64,000 bases of DNA. Source: Candidatus Nanoarchaeia archaeon (GTDB lineage: Archaea; Nanobdellota; Nanobdellia; Jingweiarchaeales; Jingweiarchaeaceae). Both the position numbers and the translations under genes were made by a program. This document shows positions 46,381 to 56,156 of this stretch, one piece after another. The DNA lies in assembly GCA_038874075.1 (NCBI GenBank), contig JAVZDD010000002.1, positions 4,605 through 68,604 of the forward strand, in the 5' to 3' direction. How positions within the stretch are numbered: the stretch's first letter is position 1; every line of letters begins with the position of its first letter. The notes beneath the pieces are model-generated. The model was not told the origin of the DNA. It did no database searches and saw nothing but the letters and a program-made list of their open reading frames with translations.

Positions 46381-46986
46381 ATGATAGAGGTCTGGGATAA
46401 AATGATAAAAACAGAGAAAAATTGGAATAGAAGGTATTACAAATGGAATTTTAGATCTTTATTGTTACCGTATATTTCAAGGAGTAAAAGGCACTTAGAT
46501 TTCGGATGTGGATTTGGATTTTTAACTTATATCCTTGCAAAGGAGTATCCAAGGACAATGTTTTATGGGATTGACATAGATAAGGAGCGAATAAAAATTG
46601 GTAGAAAAAGATATTCAAGAGTAAATCTAAAACTTCGATGTTCTAATAAAATAATTGGTAAATTTGATTCTATGTCTATGTGCTTTGTCATCCACCATCT
46701 TGGAAATATGACCAAACAATACTTGAAAGAACTATACAAACACCTAAATCCAAATGGGAAGATCATTGTATTCGATTTCAGAAAAGTCTCAAAATCAAGA
46801 TATAAGAAATGGTATGATAAAAAGGTCAAGGAAGGAGAATACGAGGACAGCTTCGAAAAATCATATCAAACCCACAATAGATGGACGATAAAAGAATTTT
46901 CGTCGTTGATGGAAAAAATAGGCTTCAAGACTATATTAACTAAACCCATCGGGGATTTAAGATTTCTCTATGTTGGAGAAAAGTGA
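46381..46986 (+). CDS. Class I SAM-dependent methyltransferase
   Basis: Motif I HLDFGCGFGFLT and motif post-II GKIIVFDF. Confidence 0.7.
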   Translation: MIEVWDKMIKTEKNWNRRYYKWNFRSLLLPYISRSKRHLDFGCGFGFLTYILAKEYPRTMFYGIDIDKERIKIGRKRYSRVNLKLRCSNKIIGKFDSMSMCFVIHHLGNMTKQYLKELYKHLNPNGKIIVFDFRKVSKSRYKKWYDKKVKEGEYEDSFEKSYQTHNRWTIKEFSSLMEKIGFKTILTKPIGDLRFLYVGEK

Positions 46987-47070
46987 TGTTTATTTTGATT
47001 ATCCAATAGTAAAAAGCAAAAAGTAAATTTATTAAATATGGAAGACATGAGAAATTAACGGTGAAGTTTT

Positions 47071-49017
47071 ATGGTAATAGAGGATGTTGAAGCGCTATTA
47101 AGGGAAAAGCGCGTTTTCGAACCTTCTGTATCATTCAAAGAGCAAGCGAACATAAAGAATGAGGATGTTTATAAGAAAGCAAGCGAAGATCTTGAATCAT
47201 TTTGGGCTGAGAACGCTGAGAAACTTCATTGGTATAAAAAATGGGACAAGGTACTTGAATGGAATCTACCATATGCAAAATGGTTCTTGAATGGTAAAAT
47301 AAATGCCTGTTACAATTGTGTTGATAGGCACATAAAGGAGAAAGGGAACAAGGCAGCAATCATATGGGAAGGTGAGCTCGGTGAGACCAGGGTTCTAACT
47401 TATATTGATCTATATCGAGAAGTGAACAAATTTGCCAATGTTCTAAGATCAATCGGAGTAACAAGAAATGATGTGGTCACTATTTACATGCCAATGATTC
47501 CTGAGCTCGTAATAGCAATGCTTGCTTGCGCAAGAATTGGTGTACCTCATAGTGTTGTTTTCTCAGGTTTTAGTGCCAGCGCATTGCAGGTCAGAATAAA
47601 CGATGCTGGCTCAAAATTTCTCATCACCGTTGATGGCTATTATCGAAGAGGAAATGTTGTAAATGCAAAAGATACAGTTGATGAAGCGTTGAAAAATACA
47701 AATGTAGAGAAAGTAATCGTTTACAAAAGAGTTGGAAACCAAATCAATCTCGTTGAGAACAGGGATTTATGGTGGCATGAACTAATGAAAGATGTTCCAC
47801 TCTACTGTGAGCCTGTACAAGCAGACAGTGAGGATCTTCTTTTTATTATGTATACCAGTGGAACAACTGGAAAGCCAAAAGGTGTAATGCACACAACTGG
47901 TGGGTATATGGTCGGGGTAAATACAACGACAAGATACATATTTGACATAAAAGATAATGATATTTTCTGGTGTACGGCAGATATAGGGTGGATAACAGGA
48001 CATAGTTACATTGTTTACGGCCCTCTTTCTAATTGCGCAACGATACTCATGTACGAGGGAGCCCCTGATTATCCATCATTTGATCGATTTTGGGAAATTA
48101 TAGAAAAATATAAGGTCACCATCTTCTACACAGCCCCAACTGCAATAAGGACATTCATGAAATGGGGTGATGAATGGGTAAAAAAGCATGATTTGAGTAG
48201 TTTGCGTTTATTAGGTACAGTGGGGGAACCAATAAATCCAGATGTTTGGGTGTGGTATTATAACACAATCGGAAATGGAAAGTGTCCGATTGTTGATACT
48301 TGGTGGCAAACAGAAACTGGAATGGTGTTGATCACACCCTTGCCAGGAATAACAAAGTTAAAGCCCGGTTCTGCAACATTTCCATTTCCTGGTATAGTTG
48401 CAGACGTCTATGATGATAATGGAAATCCAATGCCACCAAACGAAAAGGGAAATTTAGTAATAAAAACACCTTGGCCTTCAATGCTGAGAGGATTGTATAA
48501 AGACCCAGAAAGATATGTTGAAACTTATTGGAGTAGATACAAAGATGCTTATTTGACTGGTGATGGTGCTGCAAAAGATGAAGATGGCTACTTCTGGCTC
48601 ATGGGAAGGATGGATGATGTGTTGAAGGTTTCTGGACACAGGATTGGAACAATGGAAGTTGAAAGTGCGATCGTATCACATGAAAAAGTAGCAGAAGCAG
48701 CTGTTGTTGGAATGCCACATGAAATTAAAGGTGAGTCAATATTTGCATATGTGATATTAAAAGAAGGCATACAACCATCAAAAGAACTTGAAGACGATAT
48801 AAAAGAACATGTTAAAAAAACGATGGGACCAATTGCAAGGCCTGATAACATTGTTTTTGTGAGTGACTTACCAAAAACGAGAAGTGGAAAAATAATGAGA
48901 AGAATACTCAGGAGTCTGTTAACTGGTGGTGAATTAGGTGATGTAACGACATTAAGAGATCCAAGTATCGTTGATGAATTGAAAGAAAAAGTTAAAGAAA
49001 AACTTGGAAAAACATAA
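47071..49017 (+). CDS. acs: Acetyl-CoA synthetase (AMP-forming)
   Basis: 648 aa; YTSGTTGKPKGV AMP-binding motif, WWQTETG, C-terminal SGKIMRR. Confidence 0.9.
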   Translation: MVIEDVEALLREKRVFEPSVSFKEQANIKNEDVYKKASEDLESFWAENAEKLHWYKKWDKVLEWNLPYAKWFLNGKINACYNCVDRHIKEKGNKAAIIWEGELGETRVLTYIDLYREVNKFANVLRSIGVTRNDVVTIYMPMIPELVIAMLACARIGVPHSVVFSGFSASALQVRINDAGSKFLITVDGYYRRGNVVNAKDTVDEALKNTNVEKVIVYKRVGNQINLVENRDLWWHELMKDVPLYCEPVQADSEDLLFIMYTSGTTGKPKGVMHTTGGYMVGVNTTTRYIFDIKDNDIFWCTADIGWITGHSYIVYGPLSNCATILMYEGAPDYPSFDRFWEIIEKYKVTIFYTAPTAIRTFMKWGDEWVKKHDLSSLRLLGTVGEPINPDVWVWYYNTIGNGKCPIVDTWWQTETGMVLITPLPGITKLKPGSATFPFPGIVADVYDDNGNPMPPNEKGNLVIKTPWPSMLRGLYKDPERYVETYWSRYKDAYLTGDGAAKDEDGYFWLMGRMDDVLKVSGHRIGTMEVESAIVSHEKVAEAAVVGMPHEIKGESIFAYVILKEGIQPSKELEDDIKEHVKKTMGPIARPDNIVFVSDLPKTRSGKIMRRILRSLLTGGELGDVTTLRDPSIVDELKEKVKEKLGKT

Positions 49018-49064
49018 ATAAATAAAAGAAAAAACGTTTTAATTGCTTCTTTTAGAACTTGTAT

Positions 49065-49199
49065 CTAAAATTTTCTTCTTTTTGCATAACACTCTCTACA
49101 ATATACAGGCCTTCCTTCTTGTGGTTTGAAAGGAACTTCGCATTCCTTACCACAATCAGCACATATGGCCTTGTACATTTTCCTTTCGCCAAAAGCCAT
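49065..49199 (-). CDS. Small zinc-ribbon protein (44 aa), not in ORF track
   Basis: MAFGERKMYKAICADCGKECEVPFKPQEGRPVYCRECYAKRRKF with CxxC...CxxC; strong SD GGAGGA 5 nt upstream of ATG. Confidence 0.5.
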   Translation of the reverse strand: MAFGERKMYKAICADCGKECEVPFKPQEGRPVYCRECYAKRRKF

Positions 49200-49626
49200 T
49201 TTTATCCTCCTACCAAACATACAAAAGAACTAGCTTGACTAGTCTTTTATATGTTCTTTTAATCTTACTGATTGCTCTCTTTATAAACATTTCTAATCGT
49301 GTTCCATCACTTCCACTAATGCTTCACCTAATATTGACACTTTAAAAGCAGTGATTTGGAAGAAACGTAAGGCTGTGAAATACGGTCAAGGATGGCAATT
49401 ATAGGAATAAAAATTAACCCTTTCAAGATCCGAAATAGATTATCTCCTAATTTTTGATAGTTCACTAGCTGCCTTCAATATTAGATATATAATGAGTGCT
49501 GCTGCGATTATGTATTGAATCAACTTTACTATAGAAGTAATCATTGTTGTATACTGTGTTATATCAACGTATTCTGCGCCATTCATTTTTGTGAATTATT
49601 TTTTATTAGAATAAAAAGTTTGTGAA

Positions 49627-50919
49627 TCAGTTTTTAGCTCTTTCAACATCTTCCTTGGATATAAGAACCTTGTTTATGTACGTTGAATTTGGTGGAATGC
49701 ATAAAGATGGATAAATCCTCGTGCTTATTATCCTACAACCTTCACCTATCTTTACATCATTTCCAATCACACTCACTTTATCTATTTCTGTTGGTTTTTT
49801 ATCGCTTGATTCAATTACGACATTTCTACCGATTATACTCTCCTTTATTTTTGAAGAATCTCCAACTGAAGATGAGTCCATAATTGCAGCGTTTTCTACC
49901 TGAACATTCCTACCAATTATACAATAATTGTCTATGTTTGAGTCAGTTATTTTTGTACCATCACCTATCCTACAGTGTCTGCCTATTAGGGCTGATCCAT
50001 TTATTATTAGTCTTCCTTCCTTGCACTCTTTGATGATTTTTTCTCTCAATTTAACTGATTCCCTACTAAAGCCTTGAACCCAAACATTTCTTCCTGGAAA
50101 AATTCTTTCTTCTTTTATTCTCATATCAAGCGCACCATTCAAAATTTCGCGCATTGCTTTAAGATACCCTTCCGGCGTTCCTACATCATACCATCTTTTC
50201 TTCATTTCATATCCATATACTGGAAAATTATGGTCTACGATGTGTGGAATAAAATCTAGGCCAAAGTCCAGTCTATTACGTGCTTTCTTGATTTCTTTAA
50301 CTTCTTTACTTTCTAACACGTCCTTTATGTCTGGGGAAATCAAGTAAATACCTGTATTGGCCCATCTACTTGGCGCTTCTTCTGTCCTTGGTTTCTCAAC
50401 AAATTTTCTAATTCTTCTATTTGAATCCATATCTGCTATTCCATATTCCTCTGTTCTATCCACTTTTGTTAATACTATTGTCATGAATGCATCCTTCTTC
50501 TCATGCTCATTTATTAAATCAACTAAATCAATATCAAAAACATTGTCCCCTTGGACGCAAAGTATTGGTGCATTAATATTATAATAGTTCAAATTTAATC
50601 TTAGGGAATCAGCGCTTCCAACATCATTCAAATTTGGTTGGTATTTTATGTGTATCCTTGGACTAATTTGATATTTTGCTGAGAACCCAACCCCTTCACC
50701 AAATTGATCAAACAAATTCCTGTAATTTGTTCCTCCCTTGACTCCAAAAATGAAATTTTTTATTCCTTGCTCTGCTAATGTAGCTAGTGAAAACTCAATG
50801 ATTGGTCTGTTCAATAGTCTTACGCAGGCCTTTGATACATCTTGTGTTAGCGGTTTTAGTCTCTTCGCTTCTCCGCCGACCGGAAAAAATGCAACAATTT
50901 CTTCTAGATTCATTCTCAT
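49627..50919 (-). CDS. Sugar-phosphate nucleotidyltransferase with C-terminal left-handed beta-helix
   Basis: N-terminal FPVGGEAKRLKPLT NTP-transferase motif; C-terminal hexapeptide repeats. Confidence 0.7.
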   Translation of the reverse strand: MRMNLEEIVAFFPVGGEAKRLKPLTQDVSKACVRLLNRPIIEFSLATLAEQGIKNFIFGVKGGTNYRNLFDQFGEGVGFSAKYQISPRIHIKYQPNLNDVGSADSLRLNLNYYNINAPILCVQGDNVFDIDLVDLINEHEKKDAFMTIVLTKVDRTEEYGIADMDSNRRIRKFVEKPRTEEAPSRWANTGIYLISPDIKDVLESKEVKEIKKARNRLDFGLDFIPHIVDHNFPVYGYEMKKRWYDVGTPEGYLKAMREILNGALDMRIKEERIFPGRNVWVQGFSRESVKLREKIIKECKEGRLIINGSALIGRHCRIGDGTKITDSNIDNYCIIGRNVQVENAAIMDSSSVGDSSKIKESIIGRNVVIESSDKKPTEIDKVSVIGNDVKIGEGCRIISTRIYPSLCIPPNSTYINKVLISKEDVERAKN

Positions 50920-50987
50920 CCCCAGATTAAAAATGAGTTAATTTTGTCACTACTATAAAAATACATCAATTTATTAACTTTTCGAAT

Positions 50988-52142
50988 TTATATCTCTTGT
51001 ATTTCGGCCTTATCAATTGCATCCTTCATTAATTTCTTTATCTTTATTCTCCTCTCAAATTCTTTTACGATTTCAATTCTTGCCTGCGCTGTTGGATGTT
51101 TTGGCGTGAACAACGTACAACAATCTTCCTGCGGTTGTACTGAGATTTCGTATGTTCCAATCTTTTTAGCGATTTTTATTATTTCTAATTTGTCCATACC
51201 AATCAAGGGCCTCAGTATTGGTATTTGCGTCACTTCTTCTATCACAGCGATGTTATCTAGTGTTTGGGATGATACTTGGGCTAGACTTTCCCCAGTGATC
51301 AATGCCTTCGCACCCTCTTTTCTTGCTATTTCTTCGCAAATCCTTAGCATAAACCTACGATAGAAAATTATCCTATATTTCGTGGGTATCATCGCTTTTA
51401 TTGTAAGTTGAATATTGGCAAATGGGATTAAATATAGTTTTATTTTATCTTGATATTCGCGAAGCACTTGGAGCAATTTCTTCGTTTTTTCAATGCTCTT
51501 CTTTGATACTAGTGGAAAACTGTGAAAATGTACAAATATCACATTACACCCTCTTTTCATCGCGAGCAATGAGGCGATGGGTGAATCAATGCCTCCAGAA
51601 ATTAAGGAAATGACTTTTCCAGAAACGCCAACGGGTAAACCACCTAGTCCTTTTATCTTTTTGAAATAAATATAAGTGTCATTTTCTCTCACTTCGACAA
51701 AAATTCTTTTATCTGGATTCGCCAAATCTACTTTTCTTTTTATCACGCTACCAATCTCGCGTGCCAATTCCTGGCTTGAGTAATTGTGTTTACCAACTCT
51801 CTTCACTTCAACTGCAAATTTTTCATCCTTTCCCACTATTTTGTTGTAATTCTGTTTAAAAAATTCAAGTATCTCTCTCTTTTCCGAAGTTTCCAAGTGT
51901 AGGCATGGTGAAAATGAAACGATGCCAAAGACTTTTTTTAAGATTTTGCAAACTTTTGCAATTTTCTTTGTTTTAATAAAAATTCTTCCTCTTTTTTGAT
52001 AGATGCTAAAATCAATCCCTGTCTTGATAATTCTTGATTTTATGTTTTCGATTAATCTTCTTTCAAAAAGTTGCATAACTGGCTCTGATTTGAGAAATAT
52101 TTCCCCGTATCTTACGAGTATCTCATTATATTCCATTTTCAT
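50988..52142 (-). CDS. thiI: tRNA 4-thiouridine synthase / sulfurtransferase ThiI
   Basis: PP-loop SGGIDS within ISLISGGIDSPIAS, N-terminal THUMP-like region, 384 aa. Confidence 0.8.
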   Translation of the reverse strand: MKMEYNEILVRYGEIFLKSEPVMQLFERRLIENIKSRIIKTGIDFSIYQKRGRIFIKTKKIAKVCKILKKVFGIVSFSPCLHLETSEKREILEFFKQNYNKIVGKDEKFAVEVKRVGKHNYSSQELAREIGSVIKRKVDLANPDKRIFVEVRENDTYIYFKKIKGLGGLPVGVSGKVISLISGGIDSPIASLLAMKRGCNVIFVHFHSFPLVSKKSIEKTKKLLQVLREYQDKIKLYLIPFANIQLTIKAMIPTKYRIIFYRRFMLRICEEIARKEGAKALITGESLAQVSSQTLDNIAVIEEVTQIPILRPLIGMDKLEIIKIAKKIGTYEISVQPQEDCCTLFTPKHPTAQARIEIVKEFERRIKIKKLMKDAIDKAEIQEI

Positions 52143-52546
52143 TGAATTAAATACTCATCTAACTTTTTGAATGCTTCTTCTAAATTTTTATATGTTATTA
52201 AAATTATGTTTTTATTTCCTTCAATCATCGCGGATAACTTTTTGCGCTTTCGCGTATTGAACAAACAAATTATTTTCTTCTCCATTTCTTCGGCCTTTGC
52301 AATTTCATAGCCTACACCTAAACTTGGAAAGGTAACTTCTGCGACTACGATATCCGCTTCTCTCAACCACTTTATGTCCCTTTCATAGATTCTTTTACTT
52401 TCCAATTTCTCTCCTTTGCATGAAAGTCTATTACAAATGTGTTCAGTCAAAACTACTCCAAATTTTTTGAGATGTTCAATTATTTTGGCGTATGTCTTTC
52501 TTCCTCTTCTTCCACCCCTAATCGAACCAGCAAAATATATTTTCAT
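52139..52546 (-). CDS. 2'-deoxynucleoside 5'-phosphate N-hydrolase (DNPH1/Rcl)-like protein
   Basis: IYFAGSIRGGR and DIVVAEVTFPSLGVGYEIAKA motifs; true ATG at 52544-52546, since the 27-codon track extension overlaps the tRNA. Confidence 0.6.
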   Translation of the reverse strand: MKIYFAGSIRGGRRGRKTYAKIIEHLKKFGVVLTEHICNRLSCKGEKLESKRIYERDIKWLREADIVVAEVTFPSLGVGYEIAKAEEMEKKIICLFNTRKRKKLSAMIEGNKNIILITYKNLEEAFKKLDEYLIQ

Positions 52547-52549
52547 AAA

Positions 52550-52633
52550 TGCAGGGGCTGGGATTCGAACCCAGGAAGGCACTAAGCCACTAGGTCCTAA
52601 GCCTAGCTCTTTAGACCGCTCAGACACCCCTGC
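52550..52633 (-). tRNA. tRNA-Leu (anticodon TAG)
   Basis: Reverse complement: acceptor GCAGGGG/CCCCTGC, anticodon arm CTAGG-CTTAGGA-CCTAG, long variable arm, T-arm CTGGG-TTCGAAT-CCCAG, discriminator A. Confidence 0.8.
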
Positions 52634-52696
52634 AATTTAACAAATAATTGTTTTGTTTAATAAATTTTCCCCAAATCTGCTGCCTAATATATAAGT

Positions 52697-53539
52697 ATGG
52701 GGTTAAGTGGAAGATGTAAGTGTGGAAGCTCAAACTTTCAATACGACTTAAAAAGAGCAGAAAAATTTTGCACCAATTGTGGTTTAATAATAGAAGATAA
52801 TTTATTTTCAGAATTTGAGATAAAGAATAATGGGAGTATGAAAAGTAGAGAGATCAAGCCAAGATTTCCGAATGTTTTGAGAACACCGAGAGAAAGAGTA
52901 ATGAAAAACGCAAGAGATGAGCTCTGGTATCTTTGTGATGTTCTCCAAATAAAAAGTCAACAAATTAAAAATGAAATTTTGAAGCTTTATATGAAGCTCT
53001 ATGAAATTGATTTTACTGAACGAGTGAGCAGGGAATGTATAATTGGTGCATTGATTTATCTTATTTGTTGCAGGGAGAAGCACAATTATCTCACACTATT
53101 TGACATCAGCAAGTTTACAAATCGCTCGCCAGAAGAAATCTGGGAAATGGTCAATATGATATGTGATGAGCTTGAAATTAAATTTATTCCTCCTGATCCC
53201 GAGAATGGAATAATAAAATTTGGGATAGAACTTTTTATGGAACCGTATGAAATTACATTAGCAATGCAAATTATGGAAGAAGCTAGATTAAATGGAATAA
53301 TAGAAGAGTATGCAGATGTGCTTGATGTGATAACAAGCCTTTATTTATCATCTCTCATATGCGCTAAGATAAAGAATAAGAACGTCATAAAAATTGATGA
53401 CATCCTGAAACAATTCTGTTGGATTGATAAAAATGACCTTATAAAAAATATTACAGTCTGGAAAAGGTATATTAGTCCAGAAAAAATTATGAAGTGGAAA
53501 TTAATCAAAGAAATAAAAAATTATAGATTTAAAAACTGA
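52697..53539 (+). CDS. Transcription initiation factor IIB (TFB)-family protein
   Basis: TFIIB-type zinc ribbon CKCGSSNFQYDLKRAEKFCTNCGLIIEDN followed by about 250 aa consistent in length with two cyclin folds. Confidence 0.55.
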   Translation: MGLSGRCKCGSSNFQYDLKRAEKFCTNCGLIIEDNLFSEFEIKNNGSMKSREIKPRFPNVLRTPRERVMKNARDELWYLCDVLQIKSQQIKNEILKLYMKLYEIDFTERVSRECIIGALIYLICCREKHNYLTLFDISKFTNRSPEEIWEMVNMICDELEIKFIPPDPENGIIKFGIELFMEPYEITLAMQIMEEARLNGIIEEYADVLDVITSLYLSSLICAKIKNKNVIKIDDILKQFCWIDKNDLIKNITVWKRYISPEKIMKWKLIKEIKNYRFKN

Positions 53540-54264
53540 AATTGCTTTGCATTTTTCCACATATAAATATTGTTAAACAAACAATAAACTTCCTTCACAC
53601 TCCTTTTTATTTCATTTATTTTTTTTAATAGGGATTCCAAATCTTTTCTTGTGTACTTGTAGCTGTACATTCGCTTTCCAGGTGGGGAACCATGTAAGCG
53701 AAAGTAAGCGATCTTCTTCTTACTGAAAAAGGTTGGTTGTCTAGCAAAGGGGTCGCATACGTCTATCAAATCAAATACCTTGCATACCTCCTCGATGCCT
53801 TTATCGCTCCAACCTCTCAATTCAATCGCAATTGAGATTTCATCTCTCTTAATTGAAGAGAAAAATTTTTTCATATTTTTTTTATTCTCCTCATTTTCTT
53901 TGAAAGAAGACGGTAATTGTATCAAACAAATTTTCGATTTCAATGTCTTACAAACTTGTAATGTTTCATTCCAGAAACTCAGAACTTCACTTGTTGGCCT
54001 CAAAAATCCAACTTTGTCTGACAATCGTTTTATTTCATTTTCATTAAGACCACTTCTTTTCCAAGTAGGACTATTTGTTGGATGCGAGATTCCTTGAAAG
54101 CATTTAATTGTAAATTCAAAATCAGTCGGAACAATATTTCTCCATTTCTCAACTGTTTTTATCAGTGGTAACTTGTAGAATGTTGATTGTACCTCAACAA
54201 GTTTAAATTGTTTTGCATATTTCTCAATTGCTTTTGGAAATCCACAACAACCAATTTTTATCAT
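53521..54264 (-). CDS. DUF72-family protein
   Basis: N-terminal MIKIGCCGFPK resembling the DUF72 IGTSGWSY start. Confidence 0.5.
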   Translation of the reverse strand: MIKIGCCGFPKAIEKYAKQFKLVEVQSTFYKLPLIKTVEKWRNIVPTDFEFTIKCFQGISHPTNSPTWKRSGLNENEIKRLSDKVGFLRPTSEVLSFWNETLQVCKTLKSKICLIQLPSSFKENEENKKNMKKFFSSIKRDEISIAIELRGWSDKGIEEVCKVFDLIDVCDPFARQPTFFSKKKIAYFRLHGSPPGKRMYSYKYTRKDLESLLKKINEIKRSVKEVYCLFNNIYMWKNAKQFQFLNL

Positions 54265-54310
54265 AAGTTACACACAGAAAATTAAATTTTTATAATTTAT
54301 TATTAAACTT

Positions 54311-55126
54311 TCATTCATCAATATTCCTCTCGATCCAGAGTAACCTAGCAACTGCCATTGTAGCATAGCCAAATATCGCAATTAAGAATGCATCTTCGAA
54401 TCTGCCAATACCATAAAGGAGATACCTGCCGACTAAGAAAAGGTATGAAAGAAAAACTAATGCTGGTAACGGAATTATGTTTATCCGTTTCCAAACACAA
54501 GGTTTTTGTTCATTCATTAGCATATGCAAATCTCTCCTACTCTTCAGTTCTCCAAGTTCACTTGCAATTTTATAATCTTTACAAAGTTGAAATATTACAC
54601 CAGGAATTCCCTCTGATTTCGTTGCAATCAAATTTATTACTTGAGCTCTTGTTTCGTTGCCTAGTAATCGCATCGCCATTTGTTTACTTTCATGCCATTT
54701 CAATGGTACCAATTCTATTTTCTCCCTAAAATTTAATCTCACATCTTTCTCAGAAGTTGCGATGAGAATTACGATTGATAAAATTTTATTTAAGATTTTT
54801 CTTGTTTCAGTTGTAATTTCATCAAAATCATCGATCAGAAAGATTAATTTTTCCCTCCTCTTCCTCAATTCACTTAATATTTTTTCCATTTGCTCTCTCC
54901 TACTTCTCTTGTGCTCAATTCTCAAAAAATTTGAAATGTCACTCAGTAGCTCCCTCGGAGTAATTGGTGTTTGGATAAGTAATGTTCGATGAAAATATTT
55001 TTTTCTTATTTCTTTTAGTAATCTCGTCTTTCCGATACCTTTAATCCCGTAGATTAAGCAATGGTGCTCGTGTCTAATGTATCTCTCAATTTTCTCCATC
55101 TCAAAATTTCTTCCAATCAGTTCCAT
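54311..55126 (-). CDS. P-loop NTPase (AAA-like) with C-terminal transmembrane helices
   Basis: Walker A GIKGIGKT, Walker B LIFLIDDFDE, two C-terminal hydrophobic helices. Confidence 0.5.
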   Translation of the reverse strand: MELIGRNFEMEKIERYIRHEHHCLIYGIKGIGKTRLLKEIRKKYFHRTLLIQTPITPRELLSDISNFLRIEHKRSRREQMEKILSELRKRREKLIFLIDDFDEITTETRKILNKILSIVILIATSEKDVRLNFREKIELVPLKWHESKQMAMRLLGNETRAQVINLIATKSEGIPGVIFQLCKDYKIASELGELKSRRDLHMLMNEQKPCVWKRINIIPLPALVFLSYLFLVGRYLLYGIGRFEDAFLIAIFGYATMAVARLLWIERNIDE

Positions 55127-55132
55127 TTTCCA

Positions 55133-55573
55133 TCAAATCAAAAAATAAATCATCCAAGATGAAATTGCAATCAAATAATCAAGGGAACTCCCAGTTATCA
55201 CAGGACCGTCAAATATCACGAATCTGTAATTTAATGGCCAAAGTAACTTTGTTCCAGTATATGTGAGCATATCCAGGAAGACATGTGAAAACAGCGCTAT
55301 GATAACATAAATCACATAGTCAGGAAAGAGAATGAAGAATAGCAACGAACTTATTCCGAGGAACAGAAAGGAATGGGTAATGCTCCTATGCCCAAAATGT
55401 TCCTCTAACTCGTAACTTATTGGTCTAAAAATGAATCCAATTTCGGAATTATTTATATCGATGTCTGGAAAAATACTAAAGAAAATCAATATAATTGTAC
55501 TCGCCAAAGAAGGACTAAGTTTGAGAAATTTTGTTAAAAGCATTGCGATTCCAATGTGTGTAATGCTTATCAT
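55133..55573 (-). CDS. Membrane-bound metal-dependent hydrolase (YdjM/DUF457-like)
   Basis: 146 aa polytopic; His-rich motifs HIGIAML, GHRSITHS, SHVFLDM. Confidence 0.45.
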   Translation of the reverse strand: MISITHIGIAMLLTKFLKLSPSLASTIILIFFSIFPDIDINNSEIGFIFRPISYELEEHFGHRSITHSFLFLGISSLLFFILFPDYVIYVIIALFSHVFLDMLTYTGTKLLWPLNYRFVIFDGPVITGSSLDYLIAISSWMIYFLI

Positions 55574-55668
55574 ACTATTACTTAGGCCGCAGATTTATGA
55601 GTAAAAATTTTAAAATTTTTGAAATATAGATAATATCAAATCGCGTTAGGATTCAGTGGTGATCTCAA

Positions 55669-56103
55669 ATGTTGTCTCCAAAAAAAACAAAAAAAGATGT
55701 TTACAAGATAGTAATTGAAAGGGAAATGATGTGGGCACCCGGTCATTTTGCACCAATGAAAGTCACACATTTCTACATTCCAAGCGATAAAATCGTGATT
55801 ACAAAGTTGGAAAATTATTTTATTGAAAGAGACAAACAAATATTGGCAGAGTTGGATAGAGAACTTAATAAACCAAGCAATTCAACAAAAATTGAAAAAA
55901 TAGAGATTGAGCAAAGCAGTTTAGAAAATATAATAAATGAGTTTTCTATGTTGCAAGCAGCTGAAAGGGAATTAGAAGAAAAAAGGAAAAGGTTTAACAA
56001 CTTCTGCGGTGTTGTATTCGGCGAATTAGAAACAAAGTACAGATTGACTGAAGAAGGAAAGAATGTATTTACCTGTATCCTTCGCAATGAATCTTTGCCA
56101 TAA
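55669..56103 (+). CDS. Hypothetical protein
   Basis: 144 aa ORF with coiled-coil-like central region. Confidence 0.4.
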   Translation: MLSPKKTKKDVYKIVIEREMMWAPGHFAPMKVTHFYIPSDKIVITKLENYFIERDKQILAELDRELNKPSNSTKIEKIEIEQSSLENIINEFSMLQAAERELEEKRKRFNNFCGVVFGELETKYRLTEEGKNVFTCILRNESLP

Positions 56104-56156
56104 CATCCCTGAAGCACTGGAAAAAATTTAAAGTAAGCCAATAACATAAATTAATT

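Noticed and set aside
49440-49586. 48-codon minus-strand hydrophobic ORF in the 49200-49626 intergenic region
   Set aside because: No SD or clear promoter, weak coding signal; left uncalled.
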